From NCBI RefSeq assembly GCF_964194155.1, contig NC_135898.1, positions 48,050,001 to 48,114,000 of the forward strand: a DNA stretch of 64,000 nucleotides, written 5' to 3'. Every line of letters starts with the position of its first letter. Position 1 is the stretch's first letter. The translations under genes were made by a program, and so were the position numbers. The notes below the pieces were generated by a model that saw nothing but the letters and a program-made list of their open reading frames with translations, was not told where the DNA came from and did not search any database. Source of the stretch: Cetorhinus maximus (Eukaryota). Positions 1 to 12,370 of this stretch are shown one piece after another.

Positions 1-582
1 GTTGGGAAAACCAGGAAGTTCTCTCTGTTCATGATGTTTGATAACACAGCCTTTATTTTTCTCATTTTAGGGTGAAAATTGGGGGTGTGCTAAATCTCCC
101 AGGAATCTGTTTTTTTTATTAACTAAAATACATTAATTGTTGAACTGCACTCTATGAAATCTCTATTAAAAGCTTGCCAGTTAAAAATGGGAAAAGTCAG
201 TCTATTAAAACCTGGAACAGACCTGCTTTGCTGATGGAATGGGTGAGACGTTAATCAAGGGAAGCCGGCAATGCTGCACCCACTTACATCCTGGGTGAGA
301 TGAAGTGAAACTTCTTTAAAACAGTTGCTGTTGATTGAAAAACCACCTGGATCATCTCAAACAGAAATTAAACCTCAGATTTTCTTTGACTCTCTTTACA
401 CGCATCAATGAGAATTTTCTCACACTTCCGGAGAAGTTACAGTGCACGGTAGTAGAAAATCCAAGGAAATTCAAGGCCACAGTAACAGATTTCAGATTTA
501 CTGGCCAGTTATTAGTGTGACAGCTTTTCCACAGCTAAAATTACAGAAGGGCTTCTATTATTTGCTAAAGCACAAAGCTCAA

Positions 583-1276
583 CTTGTACATTACAGGCAT
601 TGCAGATAACTGAACGTTTTCCATAGTAATTTTAACTTTCACCAATAGTCTAAAGTGGCCAATATTCAATGGGCAATGCATTATACACCAAGCTCAAGTC
701 TGCATTCCATTGAAGTCAACTGAAAACACAATCAGGGCAGGGTATATAACTATCCAATGCTGTTTGTTTTATATCTTTTCCAAGAATTAAAATAACCAAT
801 TTTCTTCTCAGATATATGACAAACAATAGGTAATCCATTGCATTAGTAAACACCAGAATCAAAGACTGCAGCTAAGACTAAGCTTTAGGTACCAGTGTGT
901 TCCCATCTGAGAAGTTGCTTCCTACGTTCTGACCATGTGACAAACAGAAATTGCAAGGGCAAGGCAAGTCCTGAGAAATGCATAACTTTGTGATCCTTCT
1001 CAATCTTCACCTCAATCAATCTTATGAGTCTAGAAAGGTTATCCATCAGAGTCTTGATATAGCAGCAAGTGCTTGCAAGTCAATAGCTGTAGTGTTTGAC
1101 TTGGCTAGTTATATACCCTACCCTAACTGCGTTTTCAATTGACTTCAGTGGAAAGCAAACTTGAGCTTGGTGTATAATGCATGGCCCATTGAATATCATC
1201 TGCCTTAGACTATTGGTGAAAGTTAAAATTACTATGGGAAATGCTCAGTTATCTGCAAATGTCTGTTATGTACAAG
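583..1276. repeat. Inverted duplication, arms about 583-757 and 1101-1276, spacer about 340 bp
   Basis: Left arm cttgtacattacaggcattgcagataac...ccatagtaattttaactttcaccaatagtctaa is the reverse complement of right arm ttagactattggtgaaagttaaaattactatgg...gttatctgcaaatgtctgttatgtacaag, with scattered mismatches. Confidence 0.85.
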
Positions 1277-1949
1277 GTGGAACTGCTCTTCCTGATGGAA
1301 CATTAAAAAGACCTGTTGGTCCATGCATATAACTGATACTCTAATTATATCATGTTTGATTATTTATCTAGTCTTGTACATTTACATTAAACGTGAACAT
1401 ACACTAAACATGAATATACAATTATGTACATATACCCCTGAACATATGCTATTCACTATATGTACACTATGCATGCAGCTACATAACCTATTTGCATGTT
1501 TGCTACCCTATGCACATATATTGCCAATGCAAACATGCTATCCACAAAAATATACTACCCATATAGATAGCTGCCCATGCATATACCTAAACACACACAT
1601 ACACTACTTTTATAAAGTATAAGAGCTCCAATGGTTGCCTGAGCACTTTTTAAGTCAAGCTTGATACAGGTTTAGAGCCAAAAACTTTGCACTTGTAAAA
1701 AAGAAATACACCCAAAATGCACAAAGTAAAAAAAATGCACACAGAAGTATAACTCCATCAGACAAATCTATTCCAACACAACTGAAAAGTGTTCTTAATG
1801 ATATTTTGGTTTAAGCAATATGGGACAAACATCGACTGAACCGCAATACAAACCTGGCTGCTGTACATTTTTTCAAGAATAGTGAGGGCTCAAATCTGAA
1901 CTGTTGATTTAATGAAGGAAGTACTACAGTCTCGCATTAATAATTCTTA

Positions 1950-2300
1950 TCCTTATGTTGAAATCCCTCTATGGCCCCGCCCTCCAGCACTACAACTCAC
2001 TGAGCTTTCTGTGTTGATCCAATTCTGGCCTCCTGTGCACCCCCAATTTTCAGAGAACCACCACTGACATCTATGCCTTCAGCTGCCATGGCATCAAGCT
2101 CTGGAATTTCCTTCGTAACTTCTCTACCTCTCCCTCTTCCTTTAAGATGCTCCTTAAAATCTACTTCTTTGACCAAGCTTTTGCTTATCTGACCTATTAT
2201 CTCTTAATGTGGCTCAGTGTCAAATTGTGTTTGATAATGCCCCTCTGAAGTGTCTTTTGTTCTATTACATGAACAACGTTATATAAATACAAGTTGTTGA
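1950..2300 (+). mobile_element. Degenerate L2-type LINE/SINE 3' tail
   Basis: ctctggaatttcc...ctttaagatgctccttaaaatctacttctttgaccaagctttt...ending atataaatacaagttgttg resembles L2-type 3' ends (recalled pattern). Confidence 0.45.
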
Positions 2301-3128
2301 TGTATTTCAAACTACAGGGTAACTCAAAGAAAACAGACATAAGTATCACGTTGCAAAAATGTTACAATATATTATATGTGAACGGCATCAGTGTCTGGAG
2401 GTGCTTTGTGCAGACAAAGCCCATCTATTCTAAAACACTGTTGGCTATCAATGGTGGACCTAAAACGGCATTTCGAAAAATATTACTAGTGATTCAGAAT
2501 AGAGCTCTCGTCTTTCTCCAAAAAGTCACAATTATCAGAATCCTCTGTATTGTGATAAAACCTTTCAGTTCTATTGGATAATGGTTTTCTAATGGAATAC
2601 TACTTTTGGATGCTTTTCTATTACCACCATCATGTCAATGCAAAGCACCTTCTACTATGTGTAGTTCCATTAGAATGTCAAACTGGGTTTAAAAAGCGCC
2701 TGCTCAGTCAGTCCAATGGAGCCCCTGTGGTTTGCAAACTTCCAGCACTCTATTTAAAGTTGTGAGAGAGCAGACATATCCACATTTGTACTGTCACAAC
2801 TTTAAAAGTTCCAGCTAGTGGGCAACATTCTGCACATGCAACATTCAACACACTCGAGTTAAAATTACTTTATTGGCAAGACCAGGGGTTGTTTATTTTC
2901 TTGGAGAATTAGATTTTGTGCAGTTGTGCCTTATATTATCATCTATCTGTAATGTAATTAAGTTCTGCATCTACTGTACATTTCTTGAGCAATTTCCATC
3001 ATGCCTGCTAGCTAGCTTTAATCCTTAAGATATACACACAATTACAATTACACTCATCTTTCAGGTTTCTCAATCGGAGGTGATGATGTTGCTTTTCCAA
3101 ACTCGAACCGCACGGGTGCAGACCTCCT

Positions 3129-3146
3129 GACACTAGGTGGCAGTGC
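3129..3146 (+). promoter_or_regulatory. Candidate CTCF site
   Basis: gacactaggtggcagtgc is close to the CTCF core CCACYAGRKGGCAG. Motif match only. Confidence 0.4.
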
Positions 3147-3554
3147 TGTTCCTTCCTGAGGTCCATTATTGTACTTCCAACTAATGTTGGTATGTTTTAT
3201 TTATTTTTAATAATTTCTTTTCTAGTTTTATTTCTACCTTCCCTATTGTTTCACACCTGCAGCACCTCTCTTCACAGCCGCCTCCAAGAACACACGCTTT
3301 AAGCTGCAGTCACAAGCACAGGCCTGAGGCATCCTTTCTCCTCTTCCTGCCAACATCCCACTCCCAATTCCGCTGACCACTTTTGGATTACTGCCCGTTA
3401 CTCACTGCTCCCACAACCTCTCTGTTGTCGTTGGTACAGAATTTTTCCTTAAAGCCATCCTCCTAGTCAACATGTCAGCACCTTTAAGAACCAAACTGCT
3501 GATTTTTCAACTCACTGCTAGGAAATTGGTGAAATTGAAGGTCAAGGGAATTGA

Positions 3555-3627
3555 TGGGGATGGGTGGGGGATTTGGTGGGGAATTGGTGGGGGTGGTTGG
3601 GGGGGGGGAGGGGGGGGTGGCGGGGGC
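3555..3627 (+). repeat. G-run low-complexity tract with G-quadruplex potential
   Basis: Many G runs of 3 or more separated by short loops (tggggatgggtggggg...gggggggtggcggggg). Confidence 0.6.
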
Positions 3628-4111
3628 ATGAGAAAGGGAGCGGGCAGTTCTGAAATAGTCGACAGGACAAGGTAGGGTCATGGGTGACGGAACACGAAGC
3701 TTAGGGGAAGCTGCTAAGAGGCAATGCAGATGAAGAGAAGAAGCGTAAAAGAGTTGAAGGGAGGAAGATTTGAAAGATGGGAGGGTCGGGAAGGGTAAAG
3801 GAGTGAAAGAGAGGTGCACCGAGCAGACAGGAGATTGGAGGAGAGCAAAAGGAGACTGGGAAAGAGAAAATAGGGGAAAGGAGGGAATTGTGAAGCAGGA
3901 AGAGGGGGATAAGGGAAATAGGATCAAGGAAGGGATGAGGTCAGGAGGCATGGTGAGATTATTAGGCATGATGACTGTGAGATGTGGTGAAGATGGACAA
4001 CACAACAGCGGATGAAGAATTTGAGAAAATATGAAAGGGAAAACAGAAGTGAAATGAAGTGGTTACAGATTGACCCCTTTCACACTGCTTTCCACTCAAA
4101 CTCTGCACCAG

Positions 4112-5372
4112 CTCTCACCTAAACATTGCCCACAAGCTCCTGGTAACTCTCACCTAAACATTGCCCGCAAGCTCCCTATAACTCTAACCAAAACTTTACC
4201 CGCAATTTCCCTGTAACTCTCAGCGAAACATTACCCGCAATTTCCCTGTAACTCTCAGCGAAACATTACCCGCAACTCCCTGTAACTCTGACCTAAACAT
4301 TACCCGCGAGCTCCCTGTAACTCTCAGCGAAACATTACCTGCAATTTCCCTATAACTCTAACCAAAACTTTACCCGCAATTTCCCTGTAACTCTCAGCGA
4401 AACATTACCCGCAATTTCCCTGTAACTCTCAGTGAAACATTACCCGCGAGCTCCCTGTAACTCTCAGCGAAACATTACCCGCAATTTCCCTGTAACTCTC
4501 ACCTAAACATTACCCGCAATTTCCCTGTAACTCTCACCTAAACATTACCCGCAATTTCCCTGTAACTCTCAGCGAAACATTACCCGCAACTCCCTGTAAC
4601 TCTCACCTAAACATTACCCGCGAGCTCCCTGTAACTCTCAGCGAAACATTACCCGCAAACTCCCTGTAACTCTAACCAAAACATTACCCGCAACTCCCTG
4701 TAACTCTCACCTAAACATTACCCGCGAACTCCCTGTAACTCTCACCTAAACATTACCCGCAAGCTCCCTGTAACTCTCAGCGAAACATTACCCGCAATTT
4801 CCCTGTAACTCTCAGCGAAACATTACCCGCAATTTCCCTGTAACTCTCACCTAAACATTACCCGCGAGCTCCCTGTAACTCTCACCTAAACATCAGCCGC
4901 AACTCCCTGTAACTCTCACCTAAACATTACCCGCAAACTCCCTGTAACTCTCACTTAAACATTACCTGCAAACTCACTGTAACTCTAACCAAAACATTAC
5001 CCACAATTTCCCTGTAACTCTCACCTAAACATTACCCACAATTTCCCTGTAACTCTCACCTAAACATTACCCACAATTTCCCTGTAACTCTCACCTAAAC
5101 ATTACCCACAATTTCCCTGTAACTCTCACCTAAACATTACCCACACACTCCCTGTAACTCTCACTTAAACATTACCCGCAAGCTCCCTGTAACTCTCACC
5201 TAAACATTACCCACAAGCTCCCTGTAACTCTCACCTAAACATTACCCACACACTCCCTGTAACTCTCACCTAAACATTACCCGCAAGCTCCCTGTAACTC
5301 TCACCTAAACATTACCTGCAAACTTCCTGTAACTCTCACCTAAACATTACCCACAAGCTCCCTGTAACTCTC
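4112..5372. repeat. 35-bp minisatellite, left block (about 36 units)
   Basis: Tandem unit taactctcacctaaacattacccgcaaactccctg with recurring variants. Confidence 0.95.
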
Positions 5373-7169
5373 GAGGGAATTCAAAATTGGATCCAACTGC
5401 TCTACACTAACATCAGTAGCGCAGTCTCAATCAATGGGTGGGAAACAGATAGCTTTCCGATTAAATCTGGAGTCAGGCAGGGCTGTCCTCTCTCGCCTAT
5501 TCTTTTCATGTGTTGCATAGAACCCTTTGCCGAGTCCATCAGGAAGGATCTGGGCATAAGAGGAGTGACGATCCCAGGCAGTGGAGGCACTCAGGTAAAA
5601 GCCTCCCTGTACATGAATGATGTCGCCGTCTTCTGTTCGGATGCGCTGTCAGTGCGCAGACTGATCCACATCTGCGACCAGTTCGAACTGGTCTCGGGAG
5701 CCAAGGTAAATCGTGGGAAGAGCGAGGCCATGTTCTTTGGGAACTGGGCTGACCGATCCTTTGTCCCCTTCACTGTCAGGGCTGACGGCCTGAGGGTGCT
5801 GGGGATATGGTTCGGAGGGACCAGGGCATGCGTTAGAAACTGGAAGGAGCGAGTGTCTATGGTGAAAAGGAAACTGGGCATGTGGGAGCGACGCTCCCTC
5901 TCCATTACGGGCAAGAACCTGGTCATCAGGTGTGAGGCACTCGCGCTGTTGCTGTACGTGGCGCAGGTCTGGCCCATTCCACACTCCTGCGTGGTGGCGA
6001 TCACTCGAGCCATCTTCCGCTTTATCTGGAGGTCAAAAATGGATCGTGTCGGCAGGGACGTGATGTATAAGCCTCTAGATAAAGGGGGAAAAAACGTGCC
6101 CAACATCGCCCTCATACTGATGGCCACCTTTGTGTGCGGCTGCATCAAGCGGTGCGTAGACCCTCAGTACGCAAACACCAAGTGTCACTACATGCTGAGG
6201 TTCTACCTGTCCCCAGTGTTGCGAAGGATGGGTCTGACCACGCTGCCGCGGAACGCTCCAAGTAGTTGGACCGTGCTGTACCACCTGTCCCTCATAGAAA
6301 AATTTATGCAGAAAAACACCTTTGACCACAAGTCCATCAGGCAGTAGTCAGCACGTAACGTCTTAGAGGCCCTGAGGGAAAAGGAGAGGGTGGATCCTGT
6401 GGGATGGTTCCCCGAGCAGACTGTCAAAGTCATTTTGCAGAATGCCTCATTGCCAGAGCTTTCCAACAAGCACCAATACGTGGCTTGGCTGGTGGTGAGA
6501 AAGGCCTTCCCCGTCAGATCCTTCCTACACGTCAGGAGTCTCACCCCCTTGGCACATTGCCCTCGAGTTGGCTGTGGTGGAAGAGACCGTTGTTCACCTC
6601 CTTGTGGATTGTGCCTTTGCAAAGAAGGTCTGGAGAGAGATGCAGTGGTTGCTGTCGAGGTTCATCCCGAGCAGTTCTGTGACATAGGACTCTGTGCTCT
6701 ACGGGCTGTTCCCAGGGACACACATCGAGACAAACACCAACTGCAGCTGGAGGTTCATCAACTCGGTGAAAGACGCGCTTTGGTCTGCCCGAAACTTGTT
6801 GGTCTTCCAGCACAAAGAGTTGTCCTCAACCGAATGTTGCGGACTGGCACAATCCAAAGTCCAGGACTACGTGCTGAGGGACGCACTAAAGCTTGGGGCA
6901 GCTGCCGCAAAGGCGCAATGGGGAAGGGTCGCTGTCTAAGACCTTTCTGCCACAGCGCACCGAGAGACTGGGAACTGTTTAAATCCCCTCGGGCTGTACA
7001 GCTCAAAATGAAAGGCTGTAAATGATTGTAATATTGTTTGTACTGATGCACCTGGTGATACATTTTGTAAAAGTTGAACCGGATTGTACCCTTGTAATGG
7101 TGTTTTTGAAATGGTTTGGAATGTGGTTGAAGATATTTTATGAATAAAGTATATTTTTCAACAAAAAAA
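5373..7169 (+). mobile_element. 5'-truncated Tx1-clade (L1 group) non-LTR retrotransposon with inactivated ORF2
   Basis: RT motifs SGVRQGCPLSP and SLYMNDV (YxDD mutated), LSITGK motif, C-terminal CPRVGC...HLLVDC zinc knuckle, stop at 6345-6347 and a later frameshift. AATAAA at 7143-7148, A tail, and 9-bp duplication gtaactctc at 5364-5372 and 7170-7178. Confidence 0.88.
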
Positions 7170-9658
7170 GTAACTCTCACCTAAATATTACCCGCGATCT
7201 CCCTGTAACTCTCACCTAAATATTACCCGCGATCTCCCTGTAACTCTCACCTAAATATTACCCGCGAGCTCCCTGTAACTCTCACCTAAATATTACCCGC
7301 GAGCTCCCTGTAACTCTCACTTAAATATTACCCACGAGCTCCCTGTAATCCTCACCTAAACATTGCCCACAATCTCCCTGTAACTCTCACCTAAACAAAA
7401 CCCGCAAACTCCCTGTAACTCTCATCTAAACATTACCCGCGAGCTCCCTGTAACTCTCACTTAAATATTACCCGCAAGCTCCCCGTAACTCTCAACTAAA
7501 CATTACACACAAACCCCCTATAACTCTCACCTAAACATTACCCACAAACTCCCTGTAACTCTCAGCGAAACATTACCCGCAATTTCCCTGTAACTCTCAG
7601 CGAAACATTACCCACAAGCTCCCTGTAACTCTCACCTAAACATTACCCGCAAACTCCCTGTAACTCTCACTGAAACAGAACCAACAAACACCCTGTAACT
7701 CTCACCTAAACATAACCAACAAACACCCTGTAACTCTCACTGAAACAGAACCAACAAACTCCCTGTAACTCTCACCTAAACATTACCCGCAAACTCCCTG
7801 TAACTCTCAGCGAAACATTACCCGCAAACTGCCTGTAACTCTCATCTAAACATTACCCACAAACTCCCTGTAACTCTCACCTAAACATTACCCGCAAACT
7901 CCCTGTAACTCTCACCTAAACATTACCCACAAACTCCCTGTAACTCTCACCTAAACATTACCCGCAAACTCCCTGTAACTCTCACCTAAACATTACCCGC
8001 AAACTCCCTGTAACTCTCACCTAAACATTACCCGCAAACTCTCTGTAACTCTCACCTAAACATTACCCGCAAACTGCCTGTAACTCTCACCTAAACATTA
8101 GCCGCAAACTGCCTGTAACTCTCACCTAAACATTAGCCGCAAACTGCCTGTAACTCTCACCTAAACATTACACGCAAACTTCCTGTAACTCTCACCTAAA
8201 CATTAGCCGCAAACTGCCTGTAACTCTCACCTAAACATTACCTGCAAACTGCCTGTATCTCTCAGCGAAACATTACCCACAATTTCCCTGTAACTCTCAC
8301 CTAAACATTACCCGCGAGCTTCCTGTAACTCTCACCTAAACATTACCTGCAAACTCCCTGTAACTCTCACTTAAATATTGCCCGCAGTCTCCCTGTAACT
8401 CTCAGCAAAACATTACCCGCAACTCCCTGTAACTCTCACCTAAACATTACCCGCAAACTCCCTGTAACTGTCACAAAAACACTACCCGCAAACTCCCTGT
8501 AACTCTCACTTAAAAATTTTACCCGCAAACTCCCCATAACTCTCAACTAAACATTACACGCAAACTCCCTATAACTCTCATTGAAACATAACCAACAAAC
8601 TCCCTGTAACTCTCACCTAAATATTACCCGCAAACTGCCTGTAACTCTCACTTAAACATTACCCACAAGCACCTGGTAACTCTCACCTAAACATTACCCG
8701 CGAGCTCCCTGTAACTCTCACTTAAATATTACCCGCAATCTCCCTGTAACTCTCACCTAAACATTACCCGCAAACTCCCTGTGACTCTCACTTAAACATT
8801 ACCTGCAAACTCCCTGTAACTCTCACCTAAATATTACCCACAAGCTGCCTATAACTCTCACCTAAACACTACCCGTAAATTCCCTCTAACTCTCACCTAA
8901 ACATTACCCGCAAACTCCCTGTAACTCTCACCTAAACATTACCTGCAAACTCCCTGAAACTCTCACCTAAACATTACCCGCAAACTCCCTGTAACTCTCA
9001 CCTAAACATTACCCGCAAACTTCCTGTAACTCTAACCTAAACATTACCCGCAAACTCACTGTAGTTCTCACCTAAACATTACCTGCAAACTCCCTGTAAC
9101 TCTCACCTAAACATTACCCGAAACTCACTGTAGCTCTCACCTAACCGTTACCTGCAAACTCCCTGTAACTCTCACCTAAACATTACCTGCAAACTCCCTG
9201 TAACTCTCACGTAAACATTACCCGCAAACTCCCTGTAACTCTCAGCGAAACATTACCCACAAACTCCCTGTAACTCTCACCTAAACATTACCCAAAACTC
9301 ACTGTAGCTCTCATCTAAACATTACCCGCAAGCTTCCTGTGACTCTCAACTAAACATTACCTGCAACTCCCTGTAACTCTCACCTCAACATTACCCACAA
9401 GCTGCCTGTAACTCTCACCTAAGCATTACCCTTAAACTCCCTGTAACTCTTACCTAAACATTACCCAAAACTCACTGTAGCTCTCACCGAAACATTACCC
9501 ACACACTCCCTGTAACTCTCACCTAAACATTACCTGCAAACTCCCTGTATATCTCACTGAAACATTATCCACAAGCTCCCTGTAACTCTCACCTAAACAT
9601 TACCCGAAACTCCCTGTAACTCTCACCTGAACATTATCCGCAAGCTGCCTGTACCTCT
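7170..9658. repeat. 35-bp minisatellite, right block (about 70 units)
   Basis: Same unit as the left block; the 35-bp period is directly visible (taactctcac at 7871 and 7906). Confidence 0.95.
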
Positions 9659-10176
9659 AGCTGAATCCCACCCCTGATCATCTACTGTCACCACCAAATG
9701 AATAAGGACAGGGAAGCCCAATAACGAAAGACAAATCACAGAGAAAGGAGAAACAGAAAACAATCACGGAAAGATCACAAGAAAGGAGAACACAAAGGTA
9801 CAAAGCACAGGGAGAGAATTAAACAAAGAGAAGAGGACACAGTTAATAAAAACGTATGGAGGATGCACACAACTCCCAGCATGAAAAGACACCAATTGAT
9901 GTTCAAAACGGCAAACTCCAACTTCACAAGAACGCCACTAAAGATCCATTCGGATTGTTTTCCACCTGTCCTGTGTACCATCACACACTTTGCAGTGTTC
10001 GTGTGTGTGGGAATAAATGTAGGATAATTCAAACTTCTTAAACAATAATTCCTAGTTAATCGTTTCAGGAATGCTACCTTGTATAAATCATACTGATCAG
10101 ATGCCACTTCGAATTGCATTAGAATGTAGCTGCTAAATATTATTGAATGCATGTCAGTTGTTCAATAGCAATGTAC

Positions 10177-10653
10177 CTTCGTAACATTAGGAACATTCTG
10201 CACCTTCTTCGTACGTGCTGTCCATCCCACTACCCCCACATCCAATGGAAAAACTATCTCACTCTGTGGAGACACAAGATTATTCTCAAAACTGGAGTCT
10301 CTGGTCACATTAAAAAGTCTCGTGGCCACTTCTGCCATGCCATTCCTCGACCTGAATAGAAACATGCTGCCTCTATCTGCATTGACCAGGGTGACAATCC
10401 TCTGGAGTACCTTGTGCATCTGATTCTCCACATTGCAGTCATCCTGCATCTCTTTGACCAACTCAAACACAATGTCAGACTCCTCCAGCTTGCACAGGTC
10501 TTTGAAGGAGGCCCAGTCCTTTAACTCTGCCTTTGCATCCTTGAAGATTGCACCAATTGTCTCTGGCCTGAGTTTCCTGTCAAAATATTCCTTGGCGAAT
10601 TGTGGGTTGTTCTCCAAGTATTTCTCAACAACTTCCTTGCTAATGTCTCCCAT
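10177..10653 (-). CDS. PDE6C: Cone cGMP phosphodiesterase alpha' subunit, coding exon 1 (N-terminus and start of GAF-A)
   Basis: MGDISKEVVEKYLENNPQFAKEYFDRKLR...ADRGSMFLFRSRNGMAEVATRLFNV...EIVFPLDVGVVGW matches PDE6C. 477 bp, phase 0 donor AAG|gtacat. Synteny with RBP4 and FFAR4. Exon 2 was not found in the window. Confidence 0.95.
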
Positions 10654-10814
10654 GTTTGCTGCTACTTTTCTTTTTAGATTTGCATCACTGAAGGTTGGGA
10701 GAGAAAGGGTGAAATCAGCAGTCCTTCTTTGGTAGCTGCAGGACAAGGTTAGTTCGAGGCATCAGGCATCCCATTTGTCATGGCAGGTCTGGCCAGTTGC
10801 TTCCAGGGTTGACA

Positions 10815-10960
10815 GACGGCAACGATTAATGATTGTGAAAACTTCCAGACTGCTCCTCGCCCTGACGTCAGGACTTTAAATCCTAATGAATGCATTAGAT
10901 CATGAATCCTTATCTTCATTCGAGAATGAGCAATCCCGTTACTGAACCCGATTAATACTT
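10815..10960 (-). promoter_or_regulatory. Putative PDE6C proximal promoter
   Basis: Perfect 12-bp palindrome cctgacgtcagg containing a CRE (10861-10872), TTTAAA (10875-10880), and TAATC homeodomain (CRX/OTX-type) cores on the gene strand near 10824-10829 and 10950-10955. Motif-level only. Confidence 0.5.
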
Positions 10961-11465
10961 CCAAAGATCACTGCTCCACGTGAGACAACCACAATCAGTT
11001 TAGAGCTTCTTTTCGCCTCCAAAGCTTATTATGTGTGCAATATCAGCTGACTTTTAACGTGTGCTGTGCCGTTTGGGAACCCATGCCTTTAAACGCCCGC
11101 AATGTTGTGCTTTAGGAAGTTTCAACTTTAAATAAAGCGATGTAAAGATAAATGGTTAACATTCTGTGTGAACCAGAAGCGTGTGGACACCGGCTGCCTG
11201 ACAATGCAGCTGGACTTAGGCTTCATTTTTAAAAAGGCAGTTCGCTTTTTTCCCCCCTTATAAACTAATCTGTCCACGGAATATTCAAGCTACTGCTTTC
11301 AAGAATAAATATACCTGTTAATTTTGAGTAGGTTGCATTTTGGGCCCACGTTTGCATGTATTGTCATCCAGCATAGTTTACTGTAAAGATTGCAGATGAT
11401 TTCTACCCCATCATAAAACAACATTTTGCGATTTAAACGCATTGGGCTGACCCCAGGAGCTTTGA

Positions 11466-12370
11466 AAAGAAATAAAAACAGAAAACGCTGGAAATAGTCA
11501 GGCCAGGCAGCATCTGTGGGGAGAGAAAGTTAATTTTTCAGCTGAACCTCTGGCTAGAACTGGAGGAAGCTCAGGCTTGAAGCAAGTACAGAGGCAGGGA
11601 AAGGGTACATGATTACATTTCTCTCCACAGATGCTGTCAGACCTGAGTTTTTCCAGCAATTTTTGTTTTTGTTTCAGATTTCCAGCATCCGCAGTATTTT
11701 GCTTTTAACAAAAGAGGAGATATGTGATTGAGTGGAAAGCAAGTGAGATTAAATGATAAAAGGGATGATGGTGCAAGACAAAGTGGGATGGTAATGGGAC
11801 TAGTAAAGAAACAAAGATGTGTCAAGAAGAGGTGTAAATGGCAAGAGCAGAATCTGCACCAACAGTTGCTATCCAAACAGTGTGAGTAATGGTTATAACT
11901 GAAGTTGTTGAACTTAATTTTGAATCTGGAAGACTGTAAATTACCTAATTAAAAGATGAGGTGCTGTTGCTTGAGCTTATACTAAATTTCACTGGAACAG
12001 TGTAGGAGGCTGAAATCAGAATGGGAGTGGGGCAGAGAATTACAATGTGGTTGAACGAAAATGCGGGATTACACGTGTAGACTGAACAGAGGCATTCCGC
12101 AAAGCAGTTACTTAATCTGCATTTGGTCTTCCACATTGGGAACTTTTCACCCTTTCATAGGCCTTCCCTTTTGTTCTTACACCACCCACCCTTTACCTAC
12201 CTCTGCACTTGTTTAAAACCTGTCACATCTCTAACTTTTTAAAAATTCTGATGGTAAGTCTAAAATATCCTAAAATGTCTGTTTCTCTCTCTGGGGACGC
12301 TGCTTAACTGCTGAGTGTTTCTGTTTTTATTTCCACTTGTGTGCATCTGCGCTATTTTGCTTTTGTTTTG
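11466..12370 (-). mobile_element. Penelope-like element remnant with inverted terminal pieces
   Basis: Minus-strand KTKCRLSNCFAECLCSV resembles the Penelope GIY-YIG GETKRRLxxRFxEHLRS motif. Terminal motif ...gcagcatctgtggggagag... occurs in both orientations (11480-11530, 11618-11706, 12280-12370). Confidence 0.65.

Noticed and set aside
1323-1622. 99-aa ORF rich in His, Tyr and Thr
   Set aside because: It lies in AT-rich (acat/tac) low-complexity sequence with no recognisable homology or splice context.
4112-9658. 35-bp repeats as a CRISPR array
   Set aside because: The units are head-to-tail with no unique spacers, there are no cas genes, and the context is a vertebrate intron.
1-10176. 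PDE6C exon 2
   Set aside because: No minus-strand segment resembling the HFSDF.DK.TGY motif was found, so it is presumed outside the window. The donor-like site near 283 lacks matching coding sequence.
10654-10746. N-terminal extension of PDE6C in the ORF track
   Set aside because: It starts at a non-ATG codon; homology begins at MGDISKE (10653).
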